Below, one piece after another: positions 1-7,548 of a stretch of DNA of 36,102 bases. Position 1 is the first letter of the stretch. Every line of letters starts with the position of its first letter. Under the pieces are notes generated by a model. The model made no database searches, was not told where the DNA came from, and worked only from the letters and a program-made list of their open reading frames with translations. Location of the stretch: positions 1-36,102 of the IMG/VR virus record IMGVR_UViG_3300017716_001925. One strand, written 5' to 3'. Origin of the DNA: a virus. Its lineage: Duplodnaviria; Caudoviricetes. The position numbers and the translations under genes were made by a program.

Positions 1-123
1 CAGTCGTGTTTGGGGCTATCACGAAAGGCGCGGGACTTTTCGTCATAGTCCGCCCGATACTGGCGCAGGCATTCCAGCCCGTCCTTGCACTTGTCGCGGT
101 CAAACCAGACGCGAGGCATCAGG
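1..123. repeat. Terminal direct repeat, copy 1 (circular assembly overlap)
   Basis: 1-123 is identical to 35980-36102 (cagtcgtgtttggggc...gaggcatcagg). Confidence 0.97.
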
Positions 124-1157
124 ATACGAGCCGCGTTGATACCGTCCATGACCTTGTGGCCTGGCACCAGCTTGGGCTTGAGCTTGTGGGCCTGCATCGT
201 CTCGACCCTAGTGCGCCCCGTCCCTAGCTCCCTGACCTTGGCGTCGTGCGGCACAAAGTCATGCTGATAGCGGTAGGGCTTGGCATGAAGCACCTTGGCG
301 TAATGCTCGATGGATTCGCCCGTGGCCTCGTAATGGTCGATTACCCGTATCTCCCCGGCGTGCGCTTGCCAGAACCAGATGGCCGTAGCGTCGCCTATGC
401 CCAAGTCCCACGCGGTATAGACCGGCAGGCTAGGGTCATGCGGTATGTCAGTGATTCGGCCATCACGCTCAGCCTGAGCCATTTCCTTGCCGTAGTATGC
501 ACCCTTGATTGCCGCGTCGAACGAGCATTCAAACTCTTGGGCGTATTCCTCCGGCGTCATCTCACGGGCAGCAGCGTCTAGCTCAGACTGCGCCAACACG
601 CCTGTCTCACTGGCTCGCATCATGAACGTGAACCAATCGGGATCGTCTAGCGCGCGTTCGTATAGCTCGCAGAAGGCATTGCGACCCTTGGGCGTCCCGA
701 TGAACGTCGCAGTCCCCAGCCTGTCTGCCAGCATGGGGCGGATGATCGTGCCCCAGATGCCAGGATACATATCGGCAAACTCATCAAGCACCACGTCATC
801 CAGATAGCCACCGCGTAGGGCATCAGGGTTATCGGCCCCGTATATCTTCAGACGCGCGCCGTTGATTAGCTCGACGTATAGCTCAGACTCATTCGGGGGC
901 TTGGCCTGAATCGGGTGCGCGTATCGCTTCAGATACTCCCAAGCCACGTCCTTTGCCTGCTTGAGGTAGGGCGCGAGGTATGCCCCCCGGTAGTGGCTCT
1001 TCGGGCTTGTGACGGCCCTGCGGATCAGGTCGTTAATGCAGCCGACCGTTTTACCGCAGCGCCTATGCGCCACCCCAATCGCAAAGCGTTCTGACCTGTC
1101 ATGGAAGGGCAGGAAGATGCGGCGGGGAGCGTATGGGATTACTCGGGTTTGAGCCAC
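1..1157 (-). CDS. terL: Terminase large subunit, 5' part (continues across the circular join; about 438 aa in total)
   Basis: Absent from the ORF track. Translated by hand from GTG 1157: MAQTRVIPYAPRRIFLPFHDRSERFAIGVAHRRCGKTVGCINDLI, with Walker A HRRCGKT. In frame with ORF 35820..36098 across the join. Confidence 0.95.
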   Translation of the reverse strand, partial: MAQTRVIPYAPRRIFLPFHDRSERFAIGVAHRRCGKTVGCINDLIRRAVTSPKSHYRGAYLAPYLKQAKDVAWEYLKRYAHPIQAKPPNESELYVELINGARLKIYGADNPDALRGGYLDDVVLDEFADMYPGIWGTIIRPMLADRLGTATFIGTPKGRNAFCELYERALDDPDWFTFMMRASETGVLAQSELDAAAREMTPEEYAQEFECSFDAAIKGAYYGKEMAQAERDGRITDIPHDPSLPVYTAWDLGIGDATAIWFWQAHAGEIRVIDHYEATGESIEHYAKVLHAKPYRYQHDFVPHDAKVRELGTGRTRVETMQAHKLKPKLVPGHKVMDGINAARILMPRVWFDRDKCKDGLECLRQYRADYDEKSRAFRDSPKHD

Positions 1158-1519
1158 GACACGCCGATAGGCCCACCTTCCGCGCCAGTCAGTTCGGTCT
1201 GGCTCTTATCAGTCCAGCCGTGGTTGTTCTTCAGGTCGAAGATGATGCCGGGCGTAAACGTCTCTTTGTCCGTAAGCCTCTCCTCAAGCCAGCAGGCAAT
1301 CAGAAGCTTGGCTCTTTTTACTGTGCGGGAATAATCGCTACCGTAACCGGCATAGTTGCTGAATGTTTCCCTGTCTTCAAAGCCTAGCGCATAGCTTAGG
1401 CCCGATAGTGTGGGGCGTTTGCCAACCTGCGCGTCGAAATACCCATCAACGGCCGTCGCAAACGATTCGTGGTCCTCATACAGGCGAGGCCTGCCGCGTT
1501 CTCTTGGCTCGTCGGTCAC
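1139..1519 (-). CDS. terS: Terminase small subunit (P22 gp3-like DNA packaging protein)
   Basis: Motifs GRPRLY, PTLSGLSYALG and IFDLKNNHGWTDK; directly upstream of and overlapping terL. Confidence 0.88.
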   Translation of the reverse strand: MTDEPRERGRPRLYEDHESFATAVDGYFDAQVGKRPTLSGLSYALGFEDRETFSNYAGYGSDYSRTVKRAKLLIACWLEERLTDKETFTPGIIFDLKNNHGWTDKSQTELTGAEGGPIGVSWLKPE

Positions 1520-1576
1520 GCTGTATCCTGTGTTTTGCTTAGCCTTAGCCGCAGCCTTTGAACGTAAGCGGGATTG

Positions 1577-1605
1577 ATTATGTCAGGGGTTGTTGTGTGT
1601 GTCTA
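1577..1605 (-). promoter_or_regulatory. Putative sigma70 promoter for terS/terL
   Basis: Minus strand TAGACA-N17-CATAAT, about 60 nt upstream of terS. Confidence 0.55.
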
Positions 1606-1613
1606 GGGGCTGG

Positions 1614-1793
1614 CTAACCTGCAATGTGCGTCCGAAAACGCATTGCGCGATGCTGGCGCGACCAGTCCTCGCTAATCCACGCGTAGGCCGAACCCTTATG
1701 AAATCCAGCCATGCCGCCGCTCATCGTCGCATGAGCAAGAAAGCCCTTGGCCTCCAGTGCGGAAACCGCCTTGGCTTTGGTTGCATAAGTCAT
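1614..1793 (-). CDS. Hypothetical protein, 59 aa (MTYATKAKAVSALEAKG...)
   Basis: Hand-translated; start overlaps the upstream stop (TAATG). Confidence 0.65.
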   Translation of the reverse strand: MTYATKAKAVSALEAKGFLAHATMSGGMAGFHKGSAYAWISEDWSRQHRAMRFRTHIAG

Positions 1794-1996
1794 TAGCCGT
1801 TCGCCTTGGCATAGCGCAGGCGTTCTGCGGGATACATAACCGACACGTCGCCAGCGTCCCGCTTGGCTCGGCGGGCCATTTCAGCGACCATGCGGCGGCA
1901 GGCGTCCTCCGAGGTTTCGACGCGCTCGACAGCGGCAGTCAGTTCCTTAGTGGTGTAGGCTGCGAAAGGGGCGGTCTTGAAAGCCGAGGCAGCCAT
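1793..1996 (-). CDS. Hypothetical protein, 67 aa (MAASAFK...)
   Basis: ORF 1793..2074 trimmed to the ATG after a purine-rich RBS, downstream of a promoter-like motif. Confidence 0.65.
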   Translation of the reverse strand: MAASAFKTAPFAAYTTKELTAAVERVETSEDACRRMVAEMARRAKRDAGDVSVMYPAERLRYAKANG

Positions 1997-2057
1997 TTTT
2001 TTGTTTCCGTCGGCTGCTGCTTTATTGCCGCCCGCCGTTGATTTGTTACTCCCACAC

Positions 2058-2074
2058 ACGTAGGAATGACGCAA
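2058..2074 (-). promoter_or_regulatory. Repeated promoter/operator motif, copy 1
   Basis: acgtaggaatgacgcaa, 16/17 identical to 2979-2995; reads TTGCGT (-35-like) on the minus strand. Confidence 0.5.
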
Positions 2075-2078
2075 GCGG

Positions 2079-2378
2079 TTATTTCAGTTCAGTACGTATT
2101 TTATCTAGGCCGATAGCAGCGGTTAGATCGTCGTGGCGGACGTATTTGCCATCAAGACAAGGGCCACAGCCGCCATACGAATCACCTTGACGCTCAAGCT
2201 GGCGCAAGGCCACCGCCATGCCCACTGCCCTAGCCGCAGGGCCGCTTGGTCCGTTCCTGGCATACAGGTGCGATGTCTTGAGGCTAACCCCTAGCCATTT
2301 AGCGGCTTGTCCTTGGGTTAGGTTGAGGGTTGATAGGGCTTGGCGGTATTGGTCGGCGCTCATGCGGTCGGTTGTCAT
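2079..2378 (-). CDS. XRE-type HTH DNA-binding protein
   Basis: YRQALSTLNLTQGQAAKWLGVSLKTSHLY helix-turn-helix pattern. Confidence 0.8.
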   Translation of the reverse strand: MTTDRMSADQYRQALSTLNLTQGQAAKWLGVSLKTSHLYARNGPSGPAARAVGMAVALRQLERQGDSYGGCGPCLDGKYVRHDDLTAAIGLDKIRTELK

Positions 2379-2557
2379 AGAAGCGGCTCCACGCGGCGTA
2401 AAAGCTCCATAAGCTCAACGCCTATTGCTCTTGCATCGTCCGGCGATTTTGGAACGTGCCCGCCAGACAGATAGGCAGCATCGTCTAGCAAGCGGTCTAA
2501 AAGGTCGTGATTTGACAGGTTGCCAAGGTCAGGGTTGATCTTAAAAGCCTTGCTCAA
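2375..2557 (-). CDS. Hypothetical protein
   Basis: 60-aa ORF with 4-nt start/stop overlaps on both sides. Confidence 0.65.
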   Translation of the reverse strand: MSKAFKINPDLGNLSNHDLLDRLLDDAAYLSGGHVPKSPDDARAIGVELMELLRRVEPLL

Positions 2558-2781
2558 AGCCCCACCCTTTCACGCAGCCACTCGTGATAGGTTTGCGTTC
2601 CAGTCGCGACGTTGCCGATGCACCAGCAGGGCCAACCGTAACCCAAGAGCGTCACCCTTTCTTTCCATTCGCAGACCATGCGCTCGCACCAATCCATGTA
2701 AAGGCGCTGGCCTTCTTCGGCCAGTTCGCCAGTGTCTCGGAGATAGCACTGGCGAATTAGGTTTGGGTTGTCCTTCGCCAT
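2554..2781 (-). CDS. Hypothetical protein
   Basis: 75-aa ORF translationally coupled to its neighbours. Confidence 0.65.
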   Translation of the reverse strand: MAKDNPNLIRQCYLRDTGELAEEGQRLYMDWCERMVCEWKERVTLLGYGWPCWCIGNVATGTQTYHEWLRERVGL

Positions 2782-2918
2782 CAGTTCATGATCCCGAACT
2801 GCTTGGCGGTCAGCTTGTGGTCTTGGCCGTTCACCGTGACGATGACCGACTTGCCGTTGACTTTGGCGACGACGCCTTGGCCGTAAACGGTGCGGGCGAT
2901 TTGTCCAACTTCAATCAT
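2781..2918 (-). CDS. Small beta-rich (SH3/KOW-like) protein, 45 aa
   Basis: Hand-translated MIEVGQIARTVYGQGVVAKVNGKSVIVTVNGQDHKLTAKQFGIMN; RBS GAAGGA; TGATG coupling to the next gene. Confidence 0.7.
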   Translation of the reverse strand: MIEVGQIARTVYGQGVVAKVNGKSVIVTVNGQDHKLTAKQFGIMN

Positions 2919-2967
2919 CTGTCTGTTTCCTTCCGGCTAGTGCTTGATTGCCCTGCGCCTTGGATTG

Positions 2968-2995
2968 AACATACACCAACGTCGGAATGACGCAA
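2968..2995 (-). promoter_or_regulatory. Putative promoter containing repeated motif copy 2
   Basis: Minus strand TTGCGT-N16-TATGTT; contains the dyad CGTC-N5-GACG. Confidence 0.55.
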
Positions 2996-3017
2996 CACCT
3001 ATTTTGAGCCTCTTGGG

Positions 3018-3269
3018 TTATTCCTCGTTCAGGATTGCGTCGATCATTCGTTCCCAGACCAGATGACGATATGGGGCGTTGTCGCCTGCGGTCTCAGCGC
3101 TCTCCCCCGGCTCCCTCACCGCCATAAGGACGGCACGGGCTATGTCGATGTAGCCTCGGCGCATATCTTCAGGGTCGTTCCCGCTCGGCGTATGGGCAAA
3201 CGACTTCGCATCCCAATCTCCGCCTTCAAGCTCACACACAGCCCTCGCTGCCTTCTCCAGCGGGGTCAT
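3018..3269 (-). CDS. Hypothetical phage accessory protein (MTPLEKAARAVC...)
   Basis: Start placed at the ATGA overlap with 3266..3454. Confidence 0.72.
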   Translation of the reverse strand: MTPLEKAARAVCELEGGDWDAKSFAHTPSGNDPEDMRRGYIDIARAVLMAVREPGESAETAGDNAPYRHLVWERMIDAILNEE

Positions 3270-3454
3270 GTCCCGCTCTCCCCGGAGGTAAGGGGTTGGT
3301 CGCAGCGATCCAGAAGCCGCCGATGATAGACCAACAGGTTCCACGCCAGCGCCTTGACCGCAGTGGTTGACTTGCTGCCGGAGAGGCTTTTGGCCTGCGC
3401 CAGAATCCCCCGCTTGTCAGGCTCCACCGGAACCAGTTTCATTGCTTCAGTCAT
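3266..3454 (-). CDS. Hypothetical protein
   Basis: 62 aa; ATGA overlaps at both ends. Confidence 0.6.
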   Translation of the reverse strand: MTEAMKLVPVEPDKRGILAQAKSLSGSKSTTAVKALAWNLLVYHRRLLDRCDQPLTSGESGT

Positions 3455-4344
3455 GGGGCGTCACTCTCCTGTCGTGCTGAGAGACGGGCTCGGGCTGCGT
3501 GAAACGCCGCAGCAAACGAGGAACGGAAGCTGTATGACCGTCGCCCCTCGTAGCCGGCCGTGAAAATGACGCCATCGACCAGACGCTTCAACGCTTCCCC
3601 ATCTGCCCTGATCGTCTCTTCGGCCTTGTCACATCGGGTCAGGAGCCACTGGACGAGGCCGACCAGTTCGTATTTCCCGTGGCGGTTTCCGACCATCTCC
3701 ATCGCCGTCTCGAACCGCTTGTGGCGAAGCGGGTCGGTCGAGTTCACAGGGTGCACCGCCTCGATTTCGTCGGACCATTGGTCGTCGCGGTCCTTCCAGT
3801 TTCCCGGCACGGCGAGGGCTTGCGTTGCCCTGATCGTCTCTTCCTTGCGGTCGATTATGGCGCAAAGCTCATGCTCGTGTTCAGTCAGAGCAACGACGAT
3901 GTCATGCCATTCGACCTCTGAGCCGCGCGCCAGCAGATCGCGTTCGGTCATCCATTCGTAGAAGCCTTTGTCGAGCGTGCGGGCTTCCTCAATCTCGGCT
4001 TCCTGAGAGGCTAGGCGGGAGAGGATGAGACGGAGGGCTTTGGCGTCATCGGAGTGCTGGTCGTGCAAAAGGTCCGCGAACCGGCTCACCCGCTCCACCG
4101 CTATTGCTAGTTCATCGGGCAGTTCTCCAAGTTTCTTGGATAACTCAATGGTGGCTTGACCAGATGCGGTGACTACGCCGCAAGCGGCTTCGTTCCCATC
4201 TCCACGGTCGTCAGCAGCAGGGACTACGCGGTAGGCGATGACGCGGTCATATCCCTGAATGTTCTGGTCGTATTTGACCTCGGCAATCTCGAACCCAGCG
4301 GGCGGGGTTCCTGCGATCCACCCTTCACGGCTATTGTCGGTCAT
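3451..4344 (-). CDS. Modular accessory protein, paralogue 1
   Basis: 297 aa; shares the linkers PDELAIAVERV, LRLILSRLAS and ETIRADGE with 4341..4892. Confidence 0.82.
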   Translation of the reverse strand: MTDNSREGWIAGTPPAGFEIAEVKYDQNIQGYDRVIAYRVVPAADDRGDGNEAACGVVTASGQATIELSKKLGELPDELAIAVERVSRFADLLHDQHSDDAKALRLILSRLASQEAEIEEARTLDKGFYEWMTERDLLARGSEVEWHDIVVALTEHEHELCAIIDRKEETIRATQALAVPGNWKDRDDQWSDEIEAVHPVNSTDPLRHKRFETAMEMVGNRHGKYELVGLVQWLLTRCDKAEETIRADGEALKRLVDGVIFTAGYEGRRSYSFRSSFAAAFHAARARLSARQESDAP

Positions 4345-4779
4345 CGGGGCTCACCTGTGGCTGCAAAGGTCTCGACCACGCGCTCGTATCGTCCAGCGCG
4401 GGCGATGTAGGCGTGAGCATCGGCGCGGGTAAGGCCGTCTGTGACCGCTTTCCACTCCGACCCCCATGACCAGAACAGGAACCGGCCGCCATCGAAAAGC
4501 TGCTCGACACGGTAGCGCCACGTCCAGTTCGGGCCGCCAAAGCCGCCTTCGGTCTCAACGATGCGAAGCGAGCCTATCGGCTGACCGGCGGGCTCCCCAT
4601 CTGCCCTGATCGTCTCTTGAGCAGAGGCTAGGCGGGAGAGGATGAGACGGAGGTCAGCGTAAAGCTGATTGACCGGCTCGGATGCGTAGACGTCCATCAC
4701 GGCGCTGGCATATCCGCCGCCGCCGTCTGACAGTTCTATGTTCGTCACCCTCTCCACCGCTATTGCTAGTTCATCGGGC
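3596..4779. repeat. Dispersed direct repeats A (4086-4120/4745-4779), B (4006-4036/4623-4653), C (3596-3620/4594-4618; partial at 3826-3843)
   Basis: Read directly: A 34/35 identical, B 31/31, C 25/25 plus an 18-nt third copy. Confidence 0.9.
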
Positions 4780-4892
4780 TTTGAGAACGCGGTCTGCGCT
4801 GGCACGAAGAAGTCGGCGTCCGTGCCTTGCCCGGTCCATTCCGGCGGGTTCAGGTTATCGGGAGCCGGGCCTGTAGGTGTGGGGGTGGTCAT
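4341..4892 (-). CDS. Modular accessory protein, paralogue 2
   Basis: 183 aa; same linkers, different intervening segments. Confidence 0.8.
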   Translation of the reverse strand: MTTPTPTGPAPDNLNPPEWTGQGTDADFFVPAQTAFSKPDELAIAVERVTNIELSDGGGGYASAVMDVYASEPVNQLYADLRLILSRLASAQETIRADGEPAGQPIGSLRIVETEGGFGGPNWTWRYRVEQLFDGGRFLFWSWGSEWKAVTDGLTRADAHAYIARAGRYERVVETFAATGEPR

Positions 4893-5086
4893 GACAGAGT
4901 CCTTTCAGCAGCGAGGCGCGCGGCCAGTTGGCGGTTGGTTTCACCGGGCAGGTTGGCGCGCGGCTTGACGGGTTCAGGCGGCGGAACCTTGCGCTCCTCG
5001 TCGGTCGCTTCCTCGGCAGGCCTAGTGGTAGCGCAGAGGGCCACTGAAGCGGCGCACATCATCGCCAGTGCTGCGTTGCGTCTCAT
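4889..5086 (-). CDS. Hypothetical protein with hydrophobic N-terminus
   Basis: 65 aa; ATGA overlaps at both ends. Confidence 0.6.
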   Translation of the reverse strand: MRRNAALAMMCAASVALCATTRPAEEATDEERKVPPPEPVKPRANLPGETNRQLAARLAAERTLS

Positions 5087-5643
5087 AACCCCACCTCATT
5101 CGTAGAGAGGGCAGCGAGGTAATATTCGCATTCGCGGTCAACCGCGCCGTTTTCCCATGACTTGTCACGGCGACCAAAGCTGACGCCCGCGAGGAAAGCA
5201 TCTCGAAGGTCTTCCCCACCCCCGCCGGTCTGCTTGCCACCATCATACCCGGCCAAAAACGCGCGGGCTTCGGGATGATCGATCCGGCGCAGGGTCGCGA
5301 CGGCCATGGAAAGCCACTGGTCGCAACCGGTCTGCTTGCTGGGTTCGGATTTGAGAACGAGAAGGCCCGCGACTTCCTCGAACTCGGCCTCGCACGTTTG
5401 ACAGGTCCAGCCCTCGACGTTCCCGCCGCAAAGCTGGCAGTGCGGGCCGGTCTGCTTGCTGAGGGCGGCGCGGGCTTCCATCATGGCTTCCGCATACCAA
5501 TACGCGTCGTGAGCAGCCGTCAGGGCGGCATTGCCGATGTGCGGGTAGTCATCCGTCCCTTGAGACAGAAGGCCGGTCAGGGCGGCCATTGCAAACTGAT
5601 CCCGCAACCCCTCCAGCCGTTCGTCATCTGTGTGCGTGGTCAT
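5083..5643 (-). CDS. Modular accessory protein with a CxxC-CxxC zinc-ribbon module
   Basis: Start MTTHTDD at an ATGA overlap; LRDQFAMAALTGLL...AYWYAEAMMEAR module; HCQLCGG...TCQTC; three KQTG linkers. Confidence 0.8.
   Translation of the reverse strand: MTTHTDDERLEGLRDQFAMAALTGLLSQGTDDYPHIGNAALTAAHDAYWYAEAMMEARAALSKQTGPHCQLCGGNVEGWTCQTCEAEFEEVAGLLVLKSEPSKQTGCDQWLSMAVATLRRIDHPEARAFLAGYDGGKQTGGGGEDLRDAFLAGVSFGRRDKSWENGAVDRECEYYLAALSTNEVGL
5225..5461. repeat. Three in-frame copies of ccggtctgcttgc
   Basis: Copies at 5225, 5327 and 5447 (spacing 102 and 120 nt). Confidence 0.85.
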
Positions 5644-5789
5644 GCTGCTTTCCAAAGGTTCGGCGGGCCGTAGAGGCGACCGCACAGATTATGAAAACGA
5701 AGGCTCCAGCGAAGGAACTGCGCGGGCGTGCGCGCGGTGTCCTTGCGGCGTTTAAAACGGGCGAGGCGCTGGCGTGCTTTAACGCTCAC
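5640..5789 (-). CDS. Small basic hypothetical protein, 49 aa
   Basis: Hand-translated MSVKARQRLARFKRRKD...; GTGA/ATGA overlaps at both ends. Confidence 0.55.
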   Translation of the reverse strand: MSVKARQRLARFKRRKDTARTPAQFLRWSLRFHNLCGRLYGPPNLWKAA

Positions 5790-5959
5790 GACACGCTAGC
5801 CAAAAAACACATACCAACAAAAATCCCGACGCAAACCGCAGTCATAAACCACGGACGCAGAGACGGGCCTTCGCTCCATGACACAGCCTCGCCGCGCGCG
5901 TTGTTTGTGCGCTGCGCATTGCGATACAACGGGTCGGCGCTTGTGAACGGGTCAGTCAT
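5786..5959 (-). CDS. Small protein with a C-terminal TM helix, 57 aa
   Basis: Hand-translated; ends PWFMTAVCVGIFVGMCFLASVS; coupled to its neighbours. Confidence 0.6.
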   Translation of the reverse strand: MTDPFTSADPLYRNAQRTNNARGEAVSWSEGPSLRPWFMTAVCVGIFVGMCFLASVS

Positions 5960-6144
5960 TGGCTTGTTTCCTTGGCGTCTGCCAGCCTGTTCAGGCGGCG
6001 CGTGATGCGGGGAATGGCGTAGATCGGAACGCCGGTTGCAGCGTAGCGGCGGCTTGTGCGCTCGCTAATCTCTAGGGCTTCCCCCGCCTTGACCTGTGAA
6101 AGGCCCAAGGCGAGGATAGCGGCGCGGTAATCGTTAGCGGTCAT
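5956..6144 (-). CDS. XRE-type HTH DNA-binding protein
   Basis: YRAAILALGLSQVKAGEALEISERTSRRY; similar to 2079..2378. Confidence 0.8.
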   Translation of the reverse strand: MTANDYRAAILALGLSQVKAGEALEISERTSRRYAATGVPIYAIPRITRRLNRLADAKETSQ

Positions 6145-6323
6145 GCCGCCTCAATCTGAAACAGCAGGCCAGTCAGCGCATGGCGCTTGTTAAAGGTTTC
6201 TTGCACGCGGCAAGCCTCGCCGTAACTGCTATAAACAAACGCATCGTTTCGGCGTTCGCTAACCCAATTGTCGTTAGTTTTGCCAGTATAAAACAGGCCG
6301 GATTGAGTTTGAAGAACGTGCAT
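6141..6323 (-). CDS. Hypothetical protein (MHVLQTQSG...)
   Basis: ATG preceded by a GGAGG RBS; first gene after a promoter-like sequence. Confidence 0.7.
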   Translation of the reverse strand: MHVLQTQSGLFYTGKTNDNWVSERRNDAFVYSSYGEACRVQETFNKRHALTGLLFQIEAA

Positions 6324-6370
6324 TTGACCCTCCAAGGTCTCCACCGGGCGGCATTGCCCTTGCGTTGAAA

Positions 6371-6401
6371 CTGTTAGACCACGCCATGCGGCCTAGGTCA
6401 A
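6371..6401 (-). promoter_or_regulatory. Putative sigma70 promoter
   Basis: Minus strand TTGACC-N17-TCTAACAG, resembling the Caulobacter-type -10 GCTANAWC. Confidence 0.45.
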
Positions 6402-6431
6402 GCGGCATGACAGGGGGCGGCAAAAATAGTT

Positions 6432-6812
6432 TTACAAACTCTCGCTTAGCCGCTTGCGTTGATTGCTCGCCTTCTCGCAGGCCTCGTCTAGCTCGCTCAG
6501 CGTCGGGAACCAGTTTGGCTTTTCGCGGCGTAGGGCAAAATCCATGCACGTTTGTTTAGCCACGTCTGCCGGGTATTGCGCCAAACAAGCGGCGTACAGG
6601 GTCAAGATAATCTCTAGCGTGGTTTCCCCGTCAGAACGCCTTGCCGTGGCCGCGTGGAGCATCGTTACCCATTCCTGGCATTGATCCGTCGTCGGGCTCG
6701 TCATCGCCCCCTGAACGGCTTGGCGAGCCTTTGCGCGGTTTTCATCCGTCAGCCCGTAAAAGTTAAAATGGCTGATTTCCTGCCGGTATCCACCCGCTGT
6801 CGGAAACATCAT
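6432..6812 (-). CDS. Replication accessory protein (helicase loader-like position); start uncertain
   Basis: Follows the initiator gene; LAQYPADVA...WFPTLSEL pattern; frame open to 7025. Confidence 0.65.
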   Translation of the reverse strand: MMFPTAGGYRQEISHFNFYGLTDENRAKARQAVQGAMTSPTTDQCQEWVTMLHAATARRSDGETTLEIILTLYAACLAQYPADVAKQTCMDFALRREKPNWFPTLSELDEACEKASNQRKRLSESL

Positions 6813-7548
6813 CCGGCCCTGAGGACTCGCTTCGACGCCTAGCGAGGATTTCAGCCATGCCAGCAGGTTTCGATCCGTTTCCGCTGGCTTTTGCGTGACC
6901 AGCTTGGCTCGTGCCGCCGGAGCGTCGATTACGGCACCAGGTCCGCCATGTTGCAGGCCAGTCGAGTTTGCACCCTCCTGCGCCCGGCTTAGCAATCCAA
7001 AAATCTCGGAACTGATCGGCTTCACGCTGGGTCTCCTCGTGGGTCATGTTTTGGGAAAGGGCAAACGTCAGGTCTGCATCAGAAGGCTTCCAATCAGGAT
7101 CAATCCGACAGCCCTTCTTTGGATAAGACGTAGTCTTATCTTTCTTCCTATCTGGTTCTGGTTCTGGAGAATGCTTAAGCAATCGTGCAGCATTTGCTGC
7201 GTCCAGTTTGTTAGATTTCAACGCCTTAGCTCGAGCGCCAGCCTTCCCCGATTGCGATCTTTTTTCAGACTTTTCAGCGGCAATTGCGAGTTCAGCAGCT
7301 AGCCTTTTTTGCGTAAATCCACCCTCGCACGGCTCAAAAAACTCAAGCACTTCGGCGCTAATTTTTTGCCATCGTGACGGCGTTAAGCCCGCGATCCTGG
7401 CTAGCTTGCTTGGGCTGTCTGACAGGACGCCGTCCGAGCGCCACATGGTCATAAGCAGGAGCAAATAGGCCCCGTGCTGTTCCGTGGTCAGGTGGCGCGT
7501 GTCGCCTAGGTAATCAGCGACGTAGAGCTGCATAAACGGGACGCTCAT
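6763..7548 (-). CDS. Replication initiator-like protein, DUF1376/YdaU family
   Basis: PFMQLYVADYLGDTRHLTTEQHGAYLLLL N-terminus; FRDFW...DWPATWRTWCRN C-terminal domain. Confidence 0.85.
   Translation of the reverse strand: MSVPFMQLYVADYLGDTRHLTTEQHGAYLLLLMTMWRSDGVLSDSPSKLARIAGLTPSRWQKISAEVLEFFEPCEGGFTQKRLAAELAIAAEKSEKRSQSGKAGARAKALKSNKLDAANAARLLKHSPEPEPDRKKDKTTSYPKKGCRIDPDWKPSDADLTFALSQNMTHEETQREADQFRDFWIAKPGAGGCKLDWPATWRTWCRNRRSGGTSQAGHAKASGNGSKPAGMAEILARRRSESSGPDDVSDSGWIPAGNQPF
7122..7200. other. Candidate replication origin (palindrome cluster inside the initiator gene)
   Basis: gataagac-N3-gtcttatc, tgcttaagca and gcagca-tt-tgctgc in an AT-richer inter-domain linker, the position of ori in lambda O. 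Confidence 0.4.

Noticed and set aside
1-123. Terminal repeat as a biological T7-like direct terminal repeat
   Set aside because: It falls mid-terL; an assembler overlap on a circularly permuted genome is the simpler explanation.
3596-4779. Diversity-generating retroelement TR/VR pair or invertible shufflon
   Set aside because: No reverse transcriptase or invertase; repeats are short, direct and lack adenine-specific mismatches.
5225-5461. Possible mini-CRISPR array
   Set aside because: Repeats are only 13-15 nt, spacers are about 90-105 nt, and all lie in frame within a CDS; no cas genes.
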